A stretch of DNA of 64,000 nucleotides from Camelus dromedarius (lineage: Eukaryota): NCBI RefSeq assembly GCF_036321535.1, contig NC_087436.1, forward strand, positions 80,354,001 to 80,418,000. The letters are read 5' to 3'. Below, piece after piece: positions 50,560 to 62,824 of this stretch (position 1 is the stretch's first letter; the number at the start of each line of letters is the position of its first letter). The position numbers were made by a program, and so were the translations under genes. Under the pieces are notes generated by a model, which saw only the letters and a program-made list of their open reading frames with translations, was not told the DNA's origin and did not search any database.

Positions 50560-51750
50560 TTCACACAGGGGAGCATAAGAGATTCCTGCCCCACGTCACA
50601 CCCCCAAATAAATTCCAAATGCATTTGGACCTAAAGACCTAAACGTGAAAAACAAAACTTTGAAACTTCCGAAAGAAAGTAAACAAGGCCATCTTCATGA
50701 CCTCAGCACAGGGAAAGATTTTAAGACAGAAAAAAGCAAAAATCATTCACTTGAGTACAACAAAATTTAAAACTTGTGTGACACAAAAAACATGCATAAA
50801 GTTAAAACACAAGCCACAGACTGGCAGAAGATATCTGTAAGACATCTAACAGACAAAGGCTGAGAGTCCACGATACGCAAATAACACCTCGAGTAGGTGG
50901 AGAAAAACAGAAGGGCAGACTCAGAGGAAAACAGGCCAAGTCACCCAAGAGGAAACTCAAATTGGCAATAAGCATATGAAAAGATGTTCAGACTCAGGAG
51001 CACTGGAGTTCAAACAACAACCTCGTGGCCTGCCTTCAGCCCGGTGCAGGTGGAGAAGGTTGGCAAATACCACGCAGGAGGAAGAACTGGGAGAACCACA
51101 CACCCTGCTGGAGGCAGAGTAAATCAGCACGGATGTTTTGGGGAGTCATTTGGCAACATCTAGCTAAGCTCAACAGTGTGTCTACGATCTGTCGATTCCC
51201 TTCCAGGGTATCTCCTCTAAGGAAGCTCCAGCTTGTGTATTAAGAGGGCACTTACAAGGGTGTGCACTGCAGCACTGTTTACAGTACTGACAGAATGAAA
51301 AAATCCCTTAAGAGCCCATGAAAAGAAAGGAGATAAATTTTGATGTATTTGTATAAAAGATATATGACAGCAGTCAAAATAAAACTTAGAATGATAGTTA
51401 TTTACGTGAATGGATTTCAAAAAGAACATTGAGTAAAAAAAGCAAGTTACAAAGGGTACAGATGGTATGCTGTATTTATGTAAACTGAAAACACAACAAA
51501 CAATAATATAGTGTTGTCTATGAATAAGATGTATGCAGTCAAAGCACAAAAATATGGAGAAGAGGGTGTGACTGGTGTGCGTGAAGAGAGGACTTAAAGT
51601 GAATCTGTAATGTTTTACATGCAAATATGGGAAAACATGAGCACCTTCCCACTGTGAGTCAGGGTGTCCAGGTGTCTGTGATGGCTGCCTCTGTCTTTTC
51701 TGGTATGACAGAGATACTTTGCAATGGTAATAAAAGAAAAATGAGAAAGT
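50560..51750 (+). mobile_element. Old L1 (L1ME-type) ORF2 end and 3' UTR in the last WDFY3 intron
   Basis: aagccacagactggcagaagatat; ggcaataagcatatgaaaagatgttca; ttgagtaaaaaaagcaagttacaaa. Confidence 0.75.
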
Positions 51751-51874
51751 GAAGCTGGTTTAAGTGACACAGCCCACTGGAGTGGGGTCCAAACAGCAAC
51801 TCAGACTCTGTGTGCCGGGCAAAGGGAACATTTGAGCGCTTAGCCCAAGACAGACAGACTGTGCCTCATCTTAC

Positions 51875-52072
51875 TTCTGGCAGAAGAGCTGACCGCAGTT
51901 CCTGCAATGGTGCCGCCTTTCTGTGAGGGAAAACCGCACCGAGCAGCCCGAACAGCTGTCCCCTCCTTCATCCTTCACCCAGTGGTCGGCAGCGGAGCGG
52001 CCGGGCTGGTCACTCACGGACCAGCTGAAGACTCGGCCTCGGCTGTCGCCCACGAGGATCCTGCTGTGATCC
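51875..52072 (-). CDS. WDFY3: WDFY3 exon (last WD repeat plus FYVE N-terminal half)
   Basis: cctgcag| acceptor; 198 nt; DHSRILVGDSRGRVFSWSV...WVKD...CSGC...RRHHCRNCG; FYVE WxxD and R(R/K)HHCR motifs; donor |gtaaga. Confidence 0.97.
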
Positions 52073-52464
52073 CTGCAGGAGACAGGACGCAGAGTCACCG
52101 CGGGGAAGGCCTCGGCACCGCCTCGGCTGGAGAGCCTGCTGTGACGCAGGCTGCCCGCAGGCCAGGGCGCTGCGGTGGGGGCAAAGGGGCAAGAGCAGAA
52201 CTGAGCCCGGTTTACTCTTCCGTCTCCCCTCTCCTTGGATCAAACCTTGCTGGACCTTCGAAGAACACAGAAGGCAGAGCTTTTTGTTTTTTAAATTCGG
52301 AACTGGAATCCACACACTGCCAGGCTGCTGCTTCTGATCGTCTGTTGGAGCCACGTGTGACGATGCGGGTGAAACCTGTGCTCCCCAGAGATTGCCTGGA
52401 GGGTGGGGCCCGGGCTGGGCAAGGAGCCAGTGGGAAGAGTGGTGGGAAGAGGTCTGACACTTAC

Positions 52465-52576
52465 TTGGAGACGCCCAGGGCGGTGATTTCCGCTGGGTGC
52501 GCGTTGTCCTTCCGGTCAAAGGCAGTGTGCATCGTCAGCTTACTCCTGAACACCAGCTGCCGTTCCCACCGGTACC
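52465..52576 (-). CDS. WDFY3: WDFY3 exon
   Basis: ctccag| acceptor; 112 nt; (G)YRWERQLVFRSKLTMHTAFDRKDNAHPAEITALGVS(K); donor |gtaagt. Confidence 0.96.
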
Positions 52577-53139
52577 CTGGAGAGGAAGAGTGCGGGGAGT
52601 GACCTACTAGAGCGAAGGGAAACAACATTTGTGGGTGCAGCCCAACCTGGTGCCCTCAATGGCTGCGGTGCCCCCAACGCACAGTCTGGCAGCCTTTCTG
52701 GTGCCTCAGTTGAAGGCACAGTCTAGCCTGACGCTGGCCACGGGCCAGGTCAGAGATCGTCCCCTTCAAAGAGACACACACAGAGAAGGGGAACTCCTCA
52801 GGACAAGATACAACTTCTCCACCTGCTAGTTACCTGTGACTACATTTACTTATCTGTGATCTATAACTTGTCTATTTTCAGAGGTTTTCATGATTTGTGA
52901 ACGAATGAAGTCTTTGGTTTGAGGTGTTTTTCTTTAAAAAAACAAAAAAACCCAAAAAAACACTCAACATATTGCAAACACCATTGCAGGGCAGAATCTC
53001 TTAAGGGCCTCCAGGTCCACTGCGCACAAGCAGCAGCTTGAGGCCCTCTCTGTGGGTGGCCCCCACAGCCCCTGCCTCAGTCCACCAACCCTCACGCCGC
53101 CCACAAGGAGCGAGAAGCAGACCCCGGACTTCAAGTTAC

Positions 53140-53463
53140 CGGGCTTCAATCTGCTGTAGTTCCGCACTTCAATGGGGCTGGGGTGGGGGTGGGTAAGGGG
53201 GGCCTGCAGGTGGGCTCTGGTCTGGCCCTCGGAATAGTTCACAAAGATGAAGCCGTCCTTCTCATCGAGGCTGAGCTGGTCGGACCAGCGCCGGGAGTCG
53301 TCGGAGCCACTGTCGTTGTACAAGGTGGCCGTGGCTCGGCAGGAGGCCGCCCGGGGCCTGTGGCTGGTGCTGCTGGGCTGGCTGGGCGTGTCCCTGGGGT
53401 CCTGGCTGATGCTCTGCTCCTCGCCTTCAGAGTCGCTGCTGTCCTCGTCCTGGGCTTCCTGCC
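53140..53463 (-). CDS. WDFY3: WDFY3 exon (acidic linker with LIR motif)
   Basis: cccag| acceptor; 324 nt; (G)QEAQDEDSSDSEGEEQS...DEKDGFIFVNYSEG...NYSRLKP(G); donor |gtaact. Confidence 0.96.
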
Positions 53464-54129
53464 CTGGGTAGTATTGGGAGAATTAGGAAACACACACACA
53501 TTACAGTTAGAGCCAGCTTTGTCCCATTGGTATTTTTCCTCTACTAGTTAAGACACAACAGACTTAGTATTTTAAGCTTAGTATAGTAAGAGAAAATAAA
53601 TTGTCAGAATTTTCAGCTAGGTACTTTTAGCTAAACGGTAGAATTTCTGAGTTCAGAAAATGCGTTGGCCAAAATGCTCAGCTTGGCATTCATTCTTTCA
53701 TAGTCTGGCCAAAACCTGCCTCTGTGAATTTTTCACTACCTACCTGCCTCCCATTCCCACCGCGGTTCAGCTGGATGCCGCGGACTCTGCTCTCCCCGCA
53801 GCCCTGCTCCTCCTTACAGCTGACTCTGCACACGCGGGCTGGCCCTGCCTAGACCTGTCTTCCCAGTCTCTGTGTCTTCCAATGTTGCCTGTCTTCCAAG
53901 GTATAGCATAAATGCTTCTGTCTCTAAAATCTTACCTCATTCCTGCAAAAGGAAGTAACCATCCCTCTGGACTCCCTCACATATTTGAAATTCTCACCCC
54001 AAACTATTACTTTTGGACATTCTTTCTATAAGGCAGTGAACAGCTGGAAAGGAGTCCCAAGCACGGTGTCTTCCATAGAGCAGTCAACAGAAATGACAAC
54101 AACATAGATGAATGAACTATTGTTGAAAG

Positions 54130-54535
54130 TTTTAATTTTGTTTTTTGAGGGGGGAATAAAAGTTTATTATACTCAGAGGTCTCAAGACAGTCACTGCGGG
54201 CCACAGGGCATGGGGGTCACCTGGGAGAGAGTGCCAAGGGAGGGGACTCAAGCATGCAGGGGAGAAACAGAAGGACCCCTGGGCAAGTGCTTTTACTGGG
54301 AGTCAGGGTGGAGCACAACAAGAAAAGGTGCGAGGGGGTTTCACCGGCGCATCTGAATGGCACCGGGTCCCAGTCAGGAGGGCAGGAAGGAGAGCCAGTG
54401 GCAGGGGCCCACCTTCTCGCACCTGGTCGCACGGTTCAAGCCTGTCTACAGCCTGGCTACTGGTGAGTCATTCCTCCCTGCCCCAATCTGTGAGCTCGCC
54501 AGGCCCTGCCCTGCAAAGGGACTTATTACCAGGTG
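54130..54535 (-). mobile_element. Poly(A)-tailed LTR-like (U3-R) retrocopy with TSD
   Basis: Minus strand ends gagtatAATAAActtttattcccccctc-aaaaaacaaaattaaaa; flanked by tgttgaaag (54121-54129, 54536-54544). Confidence 0.6.
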
Positions 54536-56153
54536 TGTTGAAAGCTGTGATTTAGAATTTTGTTTTTCTTCCTCATTCTATTGTTATTGTGCATTTCTTC
54601 ATCTCAAAGCCCTGCAATAAAGTCTACTAGAGGGAATATTTATGAGAAATAAATATATGTAATTGGAAAAAAGAGCATGCACATGCATTTAAGTACCAGC
54701 CCACTACACCTTTTTTTTTTAGCAAGACTGATACATAATTTGCCTCCTTGCTACTCGCTAACATTAGTAGACTAGTTGACTAATTTCAGTGAATTTTTTT
54801 CACCTAATGGTTTATGATCATTAATTTTATAGTCTTCAAATAAGCTTCAAATAAAACGGCTTTGATTTCCAGTGAACCACCCGCTTGTCCCTGTCCCTTT
54901 CAGCAGGCCACTGCCCGCAAGTCCCACCACCTTGTCACCGTCCCAGGTCAACCCTCCCGTGGGCTGCTCTCTCCCTCTGCCACTTCTGCCAAACTCTGAC
55001 CACAGTATGAATACGGGAGGAGGAAGAGGACATACATGTCCCTCCTCCCTGGACCTGACTTCGGTCTCTCTTATTCATCCCTGTCCCCTGTAGTTCACTC
55101 GAAAGCTCTGTTAAAGGAGGTACAAGTGGCCCACCTCTCGCTGGACTGCGTAACTCAGCATCCGACACACGTGGCTACTAGCTCCCAAATACCTACTGAA
55201 CAGAACTGAATTTTTAGGTCCCCCAACACCCAGACGACTTTCTCAGCAGGGCTGCATTTGACTAGGTAGACATTTACGTGCATTAAGGTAGTACAAGCAT
55301 TAAAATGCCCAGTCCGTCGGTTCTGGCAAAGACAGTAAAAACCACTTTTGGCTTCCTAGGACAGGTGGTTTATGCCTTTCTGATAATACACCTTTTCCCT
55401 TAGTAACTCCCTCACATCATCAAGCTTACGCTGAATCCTCAGGGCACAAACATTAACCACGAAGAGACAACCGAAAGGTTAAACTTAAAACCCTGGTCCT
55501 TTCTGTGAAGTGTCTTGTACCAAGTGTTCTAAATCGATGGAGGATGACTTCTTTCAGTAACTCAAAGCGGATCTTAGCCTGACTTTATGGCATTGCTTCC
55601 AATCATTCTGCACAAAAATAATCTATCTCCATATTTCACTGGAAAATTTTAAAGTGCTTCACATACAGCTGATAACAGATCACTTCTGTTTGAATGAATG
55701 CCCTTCCTGAGCAGGCCCAGGGCGTGGACTCTGGTTTGCCTCTGTGAAGAGTTTACCAGCCTAATGCCCCTGTGTCCCTCACACTGAGCTGTCTAAGTCA
55801 CGGGTGGGACAGACGTGGGTCTGAGGTGTGGCCGTCTATCTAACACGGTGCCCTCCAGATCTACTTTTATTTTTCTGAACGGAAAGCCCAAGCGTCTGGT
55901 ACTCCAGGGAGCTCATAACCATATTTATCATGGGATGCGGAAGCTGACCACAGGACACCACCACGCTGGGCGTTGCCTGGTGAACCAGAGGACTTGGCGT
56001 GCCTGCCCGGCTCCTTCAACACCAGGCAGGGCTCCTGCTTCTAACAGCAACGCCTAGCCTCAGCCTCTTGCTTGTGTTGTTTGATGTAAGTGTGTTCGTA
56101 ATGACTTAAAAAAAAGAAAATTATGGAATTACTTTTTAGAAAGTATTAAATAC

Positions 56154-56250
56154 CTATTTGGGCTTCTGGACAGTCTTCTTGCATTTCCAGGACTTCAACA
56201 GGCTCAGGAGCTGGTGTTTCAGGAACTTGCAAAAATTCCATTCTCCAAAA
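56154..56250 (-). CDS. WDFY3: WDFY3 exon
   Basis: aattcag| acceptor; 97 nt; FWRMEFLQVPETPAPEPVEVLEMQEDCPEAQI(G); donor |gtattt. Confidence 0.95.
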
Positions 56251-56730
56251 CTGAATTCAAGTGAGTATGGAAATAAAAACCAGTTAAACAGATTACAAGA
56301 ACAATTTATATGTTACTGGATGAAAATGGGATCTCAGGATTAAACAGATAATTTAATTTCTGTTATTTGTATATAGTTAGATTTCTCTCTATCTTGAAAA
56401 CTGGCAGGGACTGCCTCCAAATAAACAGTTCCTCCCAAGCTGTGTTCCATGAGATGTTACTGGGTGTTTCACGGTGGAGGGGAAAGGACTGGGGCCAAAT
56501 GCACTCGAAAATCATGGTTCAACTAAGCACACTTCTTTGTTTCCTACAAAAACCCCTGGGAGCCTCACACGTGCTGATATAGACTCCAGATCCCCAAGAA
56601 GGCACGCAGGGAGCAGGGCCCCGGGGGTATCTTGGCTGAGGGGCGCTTCGCCATGCCTGGCTGGTGGAGTAATCTGGGATGCTGCTCTGCAGGCAGCCGG
56701 CTCCGGGGTGGGCCTGTCCTCTGAGATGCA

Positions 56731-56783
56731 GGGTGTGGCATGGGTGTGGCATGGGTGTGGCATGGGTGTGGCACGGGTGTGGC
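56731..56783. repeat. 11-bp minisatellite (GGGTGTGGCAT), about 5 copies
   Basis: Direct reading; units start at 56731, 56742, 56753, 56764, 56775. Confidence 0.97.
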
Positions 56784-56973
56784 CGATGGCCTCATTTTGC
56801 TCAGCAAGTGACTGATTACAAGGCAGAAACCAGCTGCTCTCTGCTTTTATAGAGTGCATTTAAAGAAGAAAGACACACAGAAAAGTCTCCCAAATGCCAG
56901 AACAGACTATAGAGGTAAACACTTTATGGATTCCATCTTAGGTAGAGGCCCAATGCATACAAAACTAAGAAAG

Positions 56974-57007
56974 GATAAACTGTTCAGATGATAAACTGTT
57001 CAGATGA
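56974..57007. repeat. 16-bp perfect tandem duplication
   Basis: gataaactgttcagat twice. Confidence 0.95.
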
Positions 57008-57423
57008 AATCACCCAGGATTCTAGGCAGGGAATGAACGGATGACCTGAGGCCCTGGGAGCATCTTCTAGCTCTGGGATTCTCTGCAGAGAAGAGACAGC
57101 CCCTGTTTCCCCTAAGAAGCCACTTGACAGGATGAAAAGCCAGTACTTAAGCAGACGACATTTTTAACAATCCCAGTGTGACGTGGGAATCATGGTTAAG
57201 TGATTCTGTGTCAAGCTGTCAAGTGGTTAGTAGCACTAACAGGTACACTTAATGGGAAGAGAAGAGGCCAGTCACTGATGACCCCCATGTCTGGTAACAC
57301 AATGCCCAAGCTTGGTCTGAATCAGAGTGAGAGTTCGCTAAACAGCACCTCGCTCTCCAGGTGCCCTCCAGGTGCCCCCCACCGTGGACAGCTTCACAAG
57401 TCCCAGGTGAGCAGCCGACTTAC

Positions 57424-57606
57424 CCGGACCACGCCGTCCGAGTGTCCTGTGACTATGACGTTCTGCGTGTCCCACTCGTTCATCTCCGACACGCAGCAGC
57501 ACACGATCTGCTGGCTCCTACCTGTGAATGTGTTCACACTCACGACAGGGTTCCCGTTGATGCTCCACACGTGGATGTACGTGCCAGCGCAGGACACAAT
57601 GTCCCC
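57424..57606 (-). CDS. WDFY3: WDFY3 exon (WD40)
   Basis: ctctcag| acceptor; 183 nt; GDIVSCAGTYIHVWSINGNP...VTGHSDGVVR; donor |gtaagt. Confidence 0.97.
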
Positions 57607-60500
57607 CTGAGAGGAGAAAAGAAGAACTTCACTCACGCCAGGTTACACTCTAGTTTCAGAAGCAAACTGAACCCTTGGCCTAGCTCTCAGAAACCCTCTT
57701 GGTCCTTTGACCGGTGACTGGGTGATTTCTGACGCAGCATGGAATTCAGTGCTGGTTGACTTAATGAATACCCTGAACAGAGGCCTCTTTAGGAATTCGA
57801 GGTCGCGTGGATACTGCAGCCAAGGTGCCAGCAAATGGAGAGAGGCAGGAGCTCCTTGGCGCTCCCAGCTCACGCCCATGCACACTGCAGAGTCCGCTTT
57901 ATTCCAGATCAAAGCGGTCTGTAACCCGAGGAGGTGATGAACTACTTCTTTTTCCTCCCACTGTTTACAAAACCTATTTATACCTTTTATTTAGAGGTAC
58001 TTAATTTTATAAAATTTTATAAAATGAGCCCGATCATCAAAACCACAGGGTAGAAATCTTTCAGTCCATATACAGCTGTAACTCTCTTCAATAAATGAAG
58101 AGATGAAATCTTGATAACACTGCAATATCCTATTTAAAAATTTGTATTCACAGTAAGGGTCGGGGAATGAGGGGAAAAAAAAAAGAAAACTGGTATGTAG
58201 GTCATTTCTTGGCAAAATGAACACACTCTAAGCCTCCCTGAACTGATAATACAGGTTTTCATGAGTTCCGAAGATGGAAGAAAAACCAAGCTTTTCCTTC
58301 AAATTCTGCCCGGCTGGGCTCTACCCAGCCTGGTGAGAATACAATCCACTAGCACTAAAGGAATTAAGGTGCTTCCTGAAGCATGTACTGCGTGTTACTG
58401 TGGTGGACGCCCGGCACATTCCATCCAACCTTACAGCAATCTTGTGAGCTTAGCTGCTCTGAGCCTCTAAAGAGAGCATGAAAGTGAGATGCAAAAAGCT
58501 TAAATAACTTGCCTGATGTCACCGAGTAAAGACCTGAACCCAGCTCTCTCTGGCCCCAAAGCTTATACAACATCCCAAGCTGCCTGTCTCATCCCTGAGA
58601 CAGCCCGGCTGTCACGATGCAAGGTGCTGACTTCAGAAATGACCTGGTGAATTCCAGTACAGCCAGGAGGCACATGAGAACCTACAGAAACTGGAATGCG
58701 GTCACCAAAAGCAGAGGGAAGCCAGACACTGAACAGCAGCGCCAACACAAGAGAGAAGGGAACGGGGAGGCCGGGGTGGCTGCCAAGACGGCCTGGGGCT
58801 TTTCCAGACCACTGTCCGTGCCGGTCTTGCTATCTGTTCTCTCCCTCGGCTCTTATTCTACCAAGGAGGCAAGAACCAAACCAAATCCCAAACAAAAATA
58901 ATGCTTAGCAAACCACTGCCGTGCCTACCTCTGTACCAGCCGCTGCACCGCCTCTGATGGCAAGTGTCAGCAGCTGAGTTTTAATGAACGGCCCCAGTCT
59001 CTGCAGGAGACAGGAGGCAGCGCCACACGAGGCTTTCTTCACTTACCCCAGGGCACCTCAGCTAGAGGGCGCTGGAGCAAACCCCGTGGTTATGAGGGCT
59101 GAGAGTAAGACGGAGAATTAAAGGGCAGCTGAAAGGTAGCTGAGGCCCAAAATGCAAAGTGAAGTAAAGCAGCCTTGACAGTGGTGGCAGAAACATAGCA
59201 GGAATGGAAATCTTTCCACAAGTCACTAAGAGATTACAAAAGCATCTTAAAAGGGAAGAATCAAGTACGTCTGTAGTGTCTGCAGCAACAACTGCAATCC
59301 AATGGGTGTGTACTGGCTCAAATAACAGCTAACTATAAATAAAATTCTCAGGGTTTAAGTTAACAACAAACCCAAAACAAAGTGCTTGAAATAGCGCGAC
59401 TAAGCCTTGGACTCATAGCCACGCAGCGGGGATCACAGCGCTTCTGTTGCACGGATATTTCCACACACCTCTTAGGTGTGTTGGCACGCCCAACCCAAGG
59501 TGCTGTTCGAAACACATTTTAAGCCTTTCAAATACAACAAAAGAAGAATCTGACTCTTTTAGCCCTCACGCACCCCACTCATTCCCAACTCTGATGACTC
59601 TTACTATGACGAGAGGATCAAAGTGCCGTTAACTAGAACTGAGTAACTTCCCTTTTCCTTTTTCTCTGAGTGACCACAAGGTATCTGACTAAAAGCGTAA
59701 TAGTCAGCATCCCTCAAGGGGACAGCTGCCCATGGGTGACGGTGTGACGCGGTTAGAACTACCCTGTGTCATGCAGGACGATCCCGGCAGGGCTGAGGGT
59801 GACGGTGGGATCGGGTGTACAGAGCTAAGAAATGAGGAGGAGCAGGGTTATGGCGGATTTTGGTTTGCGTATGTGGGCTTCACCTACATATGAATCTGAT
59901 CATTTGTCCCTTGGACACCGAGACCTCAGTCTTTCCACGTCTACCCTTAGCTCCCCATTTGCCAACACACCTTAGCAGTGACTGCCCTCCCCTCCGCCAC
60001 CACAGGGGGGCCTGGTCTGCATGGGGGGGGGGCTCCTATTCTGATTCATTGTATTTATTTGTATTTTTGAGAAGAGATACTGTTCTCTGATAACTTTAGG
60101 GTCTGTTTTGAAAAGTTTTACAATAAGTATTGTCTTGTTTGGGTATCCAAATGTTACTCTTTTCACTTCATATAATAAATACTTTGAATATATTTCATAA
60201 AAACGTCAACACAATTTTAACAAGTCCCACAAATCTGCTTTTTAAAAAGCATATTCTAGAATGTTCTATTTTGACCCAAATACTTTTAAGTATGCTGCCA
60301 TGATTGGATTCTAAGACAAAACTGCTCTCTGGGTTACAAAGTTTAATATTCATTTCCTTTTGCAAACAACATATAAGTCAAGTGGCTTTTAAAAATGAGC
60401 GCCCATCAACTTAGAAAACACATAGAGCCATTTTTTGTTTCTACTGGCCAGAGCTACTTTTTTTCTGACACATAAACCAAGTAGGCAATTTACTACTTAC

Positions 60501-60680
60501 TGTTAATTCATTGATACAAAGAGCAGAAACGGGAGCCCGGTGGCCTCGGAGCTGGGTTAGGAACGACAGTTTGTTCAGGTCCCAAATGATGCAGGTTCGG
60601 TCACGGGACCCACTGACAATTATGTGATAGGCTAGTGATGCTGTGGCACAGGTGACAGTGTCCGTGTGGCCAAGTAAGGC
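60501..60680 (-). CDS. WDFY3: WDFY3 exon (WD40)
   Basis: ctcctag| acceptor; 180 nt; ALLGHTDTVTCATASLAYHIIVSGSRDRTCIIWDLNK...LCINELT, a GH...WD repeat; donor |gtaagt. Confidence 0.97.
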
Positions 60681-61739
60681 CTAGGAGGAGAAGAGAAAAA
60701 CCAGGCTGGTCACAGCGGAGCGGTCCTGGAGGGGCTCCGGGAGACGCGGACCCTAAGGGAAGGGCAGCGCCCGTGCTGGGAGCGAGGGCCCTGCGCAGTA
60801 TATCTGCAGAGTCCTCACCCTCCTCCTGTGTCCCCGCCTCCTCCCATGGGGGGAGGAGGGGAGCCTGGAAGACCCGGGAGGCTCTAATCTCACTCTCTAC
60901 CACCTCTTTCCTGGACTCGGGCCAGGATCTTAGAAGGAAGGGGGAGCGGCAACTGAAACCCGGCTTGGGTTTCTTCAGACTATTTCTATGTGGAGATGTA
61001 TCAATCAGGGCCCCCAAAATACAGGATTTAAACCCGGAATCTATTTTTTTATGCCATCAACTCCTGTTAAGTCCATTCTGAGGAACAATTGGACAGATTT
61101 TTAAAAAATGTACAAAGTGTGAGAAATGCACTGTTGCAGTACGTGGTCCAAGAAAGATGAAGGGAGATGTGGGCCTGATGTGTGTGATGAGTCCGTTACT
61201 GAATCGGACACACCTGGACATGTGTCTGACAGGGACCCCTGCTTCAAACTAGCATGAGAACTTTTCTCTTTTGCTGGAATACAAAGAGAAACAGGATCCA
61301 GGGAAATGGCAATGTGGGAAAACAAGTATTTTTGAAGAAAAAGGTTCAGATTACTGTTAGGAATTCCTGAGTATTTACTATTTAATTAATGGGTTGTCAG
61401 CCTAAAATTCTGGTCATGCAGACATCCTTACTATAGATTTAGCAAACCCCAGAAGGCTCTTTTACGTAAGGAGTACTTTCTACCGAGGGGCACCTGTAGG
61501 CACACTAGCTTCAAAGCCCACTTTCTAAGGTGAAAAGACTGTCCGGACCAGCAAACTGCGCTGCCAACCTCGTGTCTGTTCACGTCGAGACCGTCTCTTA
61601 TGGGGCTCCCTTTCAGACCCAGCAACCCAAGAAGTTTCTAGACTACACAGGTGGACACTGGTGTAAGTATGAGGCGTTCAGTTCTTCCCACAGATATTTA
61701 AAACACCACTGTTTGCTTGAGCCGGGCTTTAAACACAGA

Positions 61740-61925
61740 ACTGAATTTATATCGTGGCTTTATCACTGTGACATGGGGATGTGTCTTAACCTCTAAGCCA
61801 TGATTTTTTCAGGTGTAAATAGGGATGATGAGTACCCTGTAGAATTAACAGGACTGGAGTTTTACATTTTTTAACCCTCTAGCACTGTGACCTGAACATG
61901 CCAGGTGCTCAATAAGTAATAATGA
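61740..61925 (+). mobile_element. MIR fragment followed by an AT-rich (TA)n tract
   Basis: ctgtgacatgggg...cttaacctctaagcc...tgtaaatagggatgatg...gtgctcaataagt. Confidence 0.7.
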
Positions 61926-62665
61926 TAAAGAAATAATTTTATATATATATATAAATATTTTATATATATATATATATAAAAAAATGATAAATAATAAACG
62001 GCAGATATCATTGTTACACTACTTTTCAAATATGCATCATAAAAAAAAAACTAGATGTATACTCCATTAAACCTCTATGGTAAATCCACTTACAAATCAA
62101 ATATTAAAAGATGATGGCTTAATTATAAAAGGATTCTTACTTTGATTAAAAATTTGTAATAGCAGATAACAAGTGATCAGAAATACTTGTTAATAAAATC
62201 ACCAGTGGTTCTACTGAATACATTCATGAGTTTGTCATGTTCTTAAGAATACGATAAAGGAAACAGAAAAACTAAAGAACTTTTGATTTAATGCTCTAGA
62301 TGAATGAAAGTAACTCAGAAAGGAAATGGGTATGAACCAAAACCAAACATAATTTGGTTTGCAAAAATTTAACCTACATATAACTTCTGAAAAATGTTTA
62401 ATTACTTGGAGCTATTATAAAAAATATGACCTAAAGACAGCTTGCTTCAGATTTAAAAAAAGGACCAGTTTAGATCATTTTCAGAAATAGTATCTTCTGA
62501 TTTCATTCCTTTATTTTAGACCCATTTCCAGCAAAAGAACATACATTTATTTGGTTTTGTCTATTATGTCTGAAACACCTTGGAATTATGGGCGTTTCCT
62601 GGTTTCTCTGGAATGCGGGCAACTGAGGTGCGTATGTTATGTCCATCTTCTGCACGTTCTGTTAC

Positions 62666-62824
62666 CTGTTTGAGAGTGAGCGTCTTAGCCTTTTCCTTCG
62701 AGGTGCCCATCTCCCACACACACACAACTGTGCTTGTTCCGCCCGTGATGACCAGCTTGGGGTTGGGGCAGATTGCACAGAGAATCTGGCCCCACTCAGA
62801 CAAACATTCATAAACAGTCACTGC
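62666..62824 (-). CDS. WDFY3: WDFY3 exon (WD40)
   Basis: cttacag| acceptor; 159 nt; AVTVYECLSEWGQILCAICPNPKLVITGGTSTVVCVWEMGTSKEKAKTLTLKQ; donor |gtaaca. Confidence 0.96.

Noticed and set aside
51907..52602. 231-aa + strand ORF, the longest in the track
   Set aside because: Antisense shadow of GC-rich WDFY3 exons; no recognisable domain, and stop codons are rare in GC-rich DNA.
56731..57007. CRISPR-like or other repeat-spacer array
   Set aside because: Units are contiguous with no unique spacers, and the context is a mammalian intron.
58004..58025. Perfect 22-bp palindrome attttataaaattttataaaat (also the TA-rich quasi-palindrome at ~61937-61984)
   Set aside because: Low-complexity AT-only sequence, easily produced by slippage; no supporting context.
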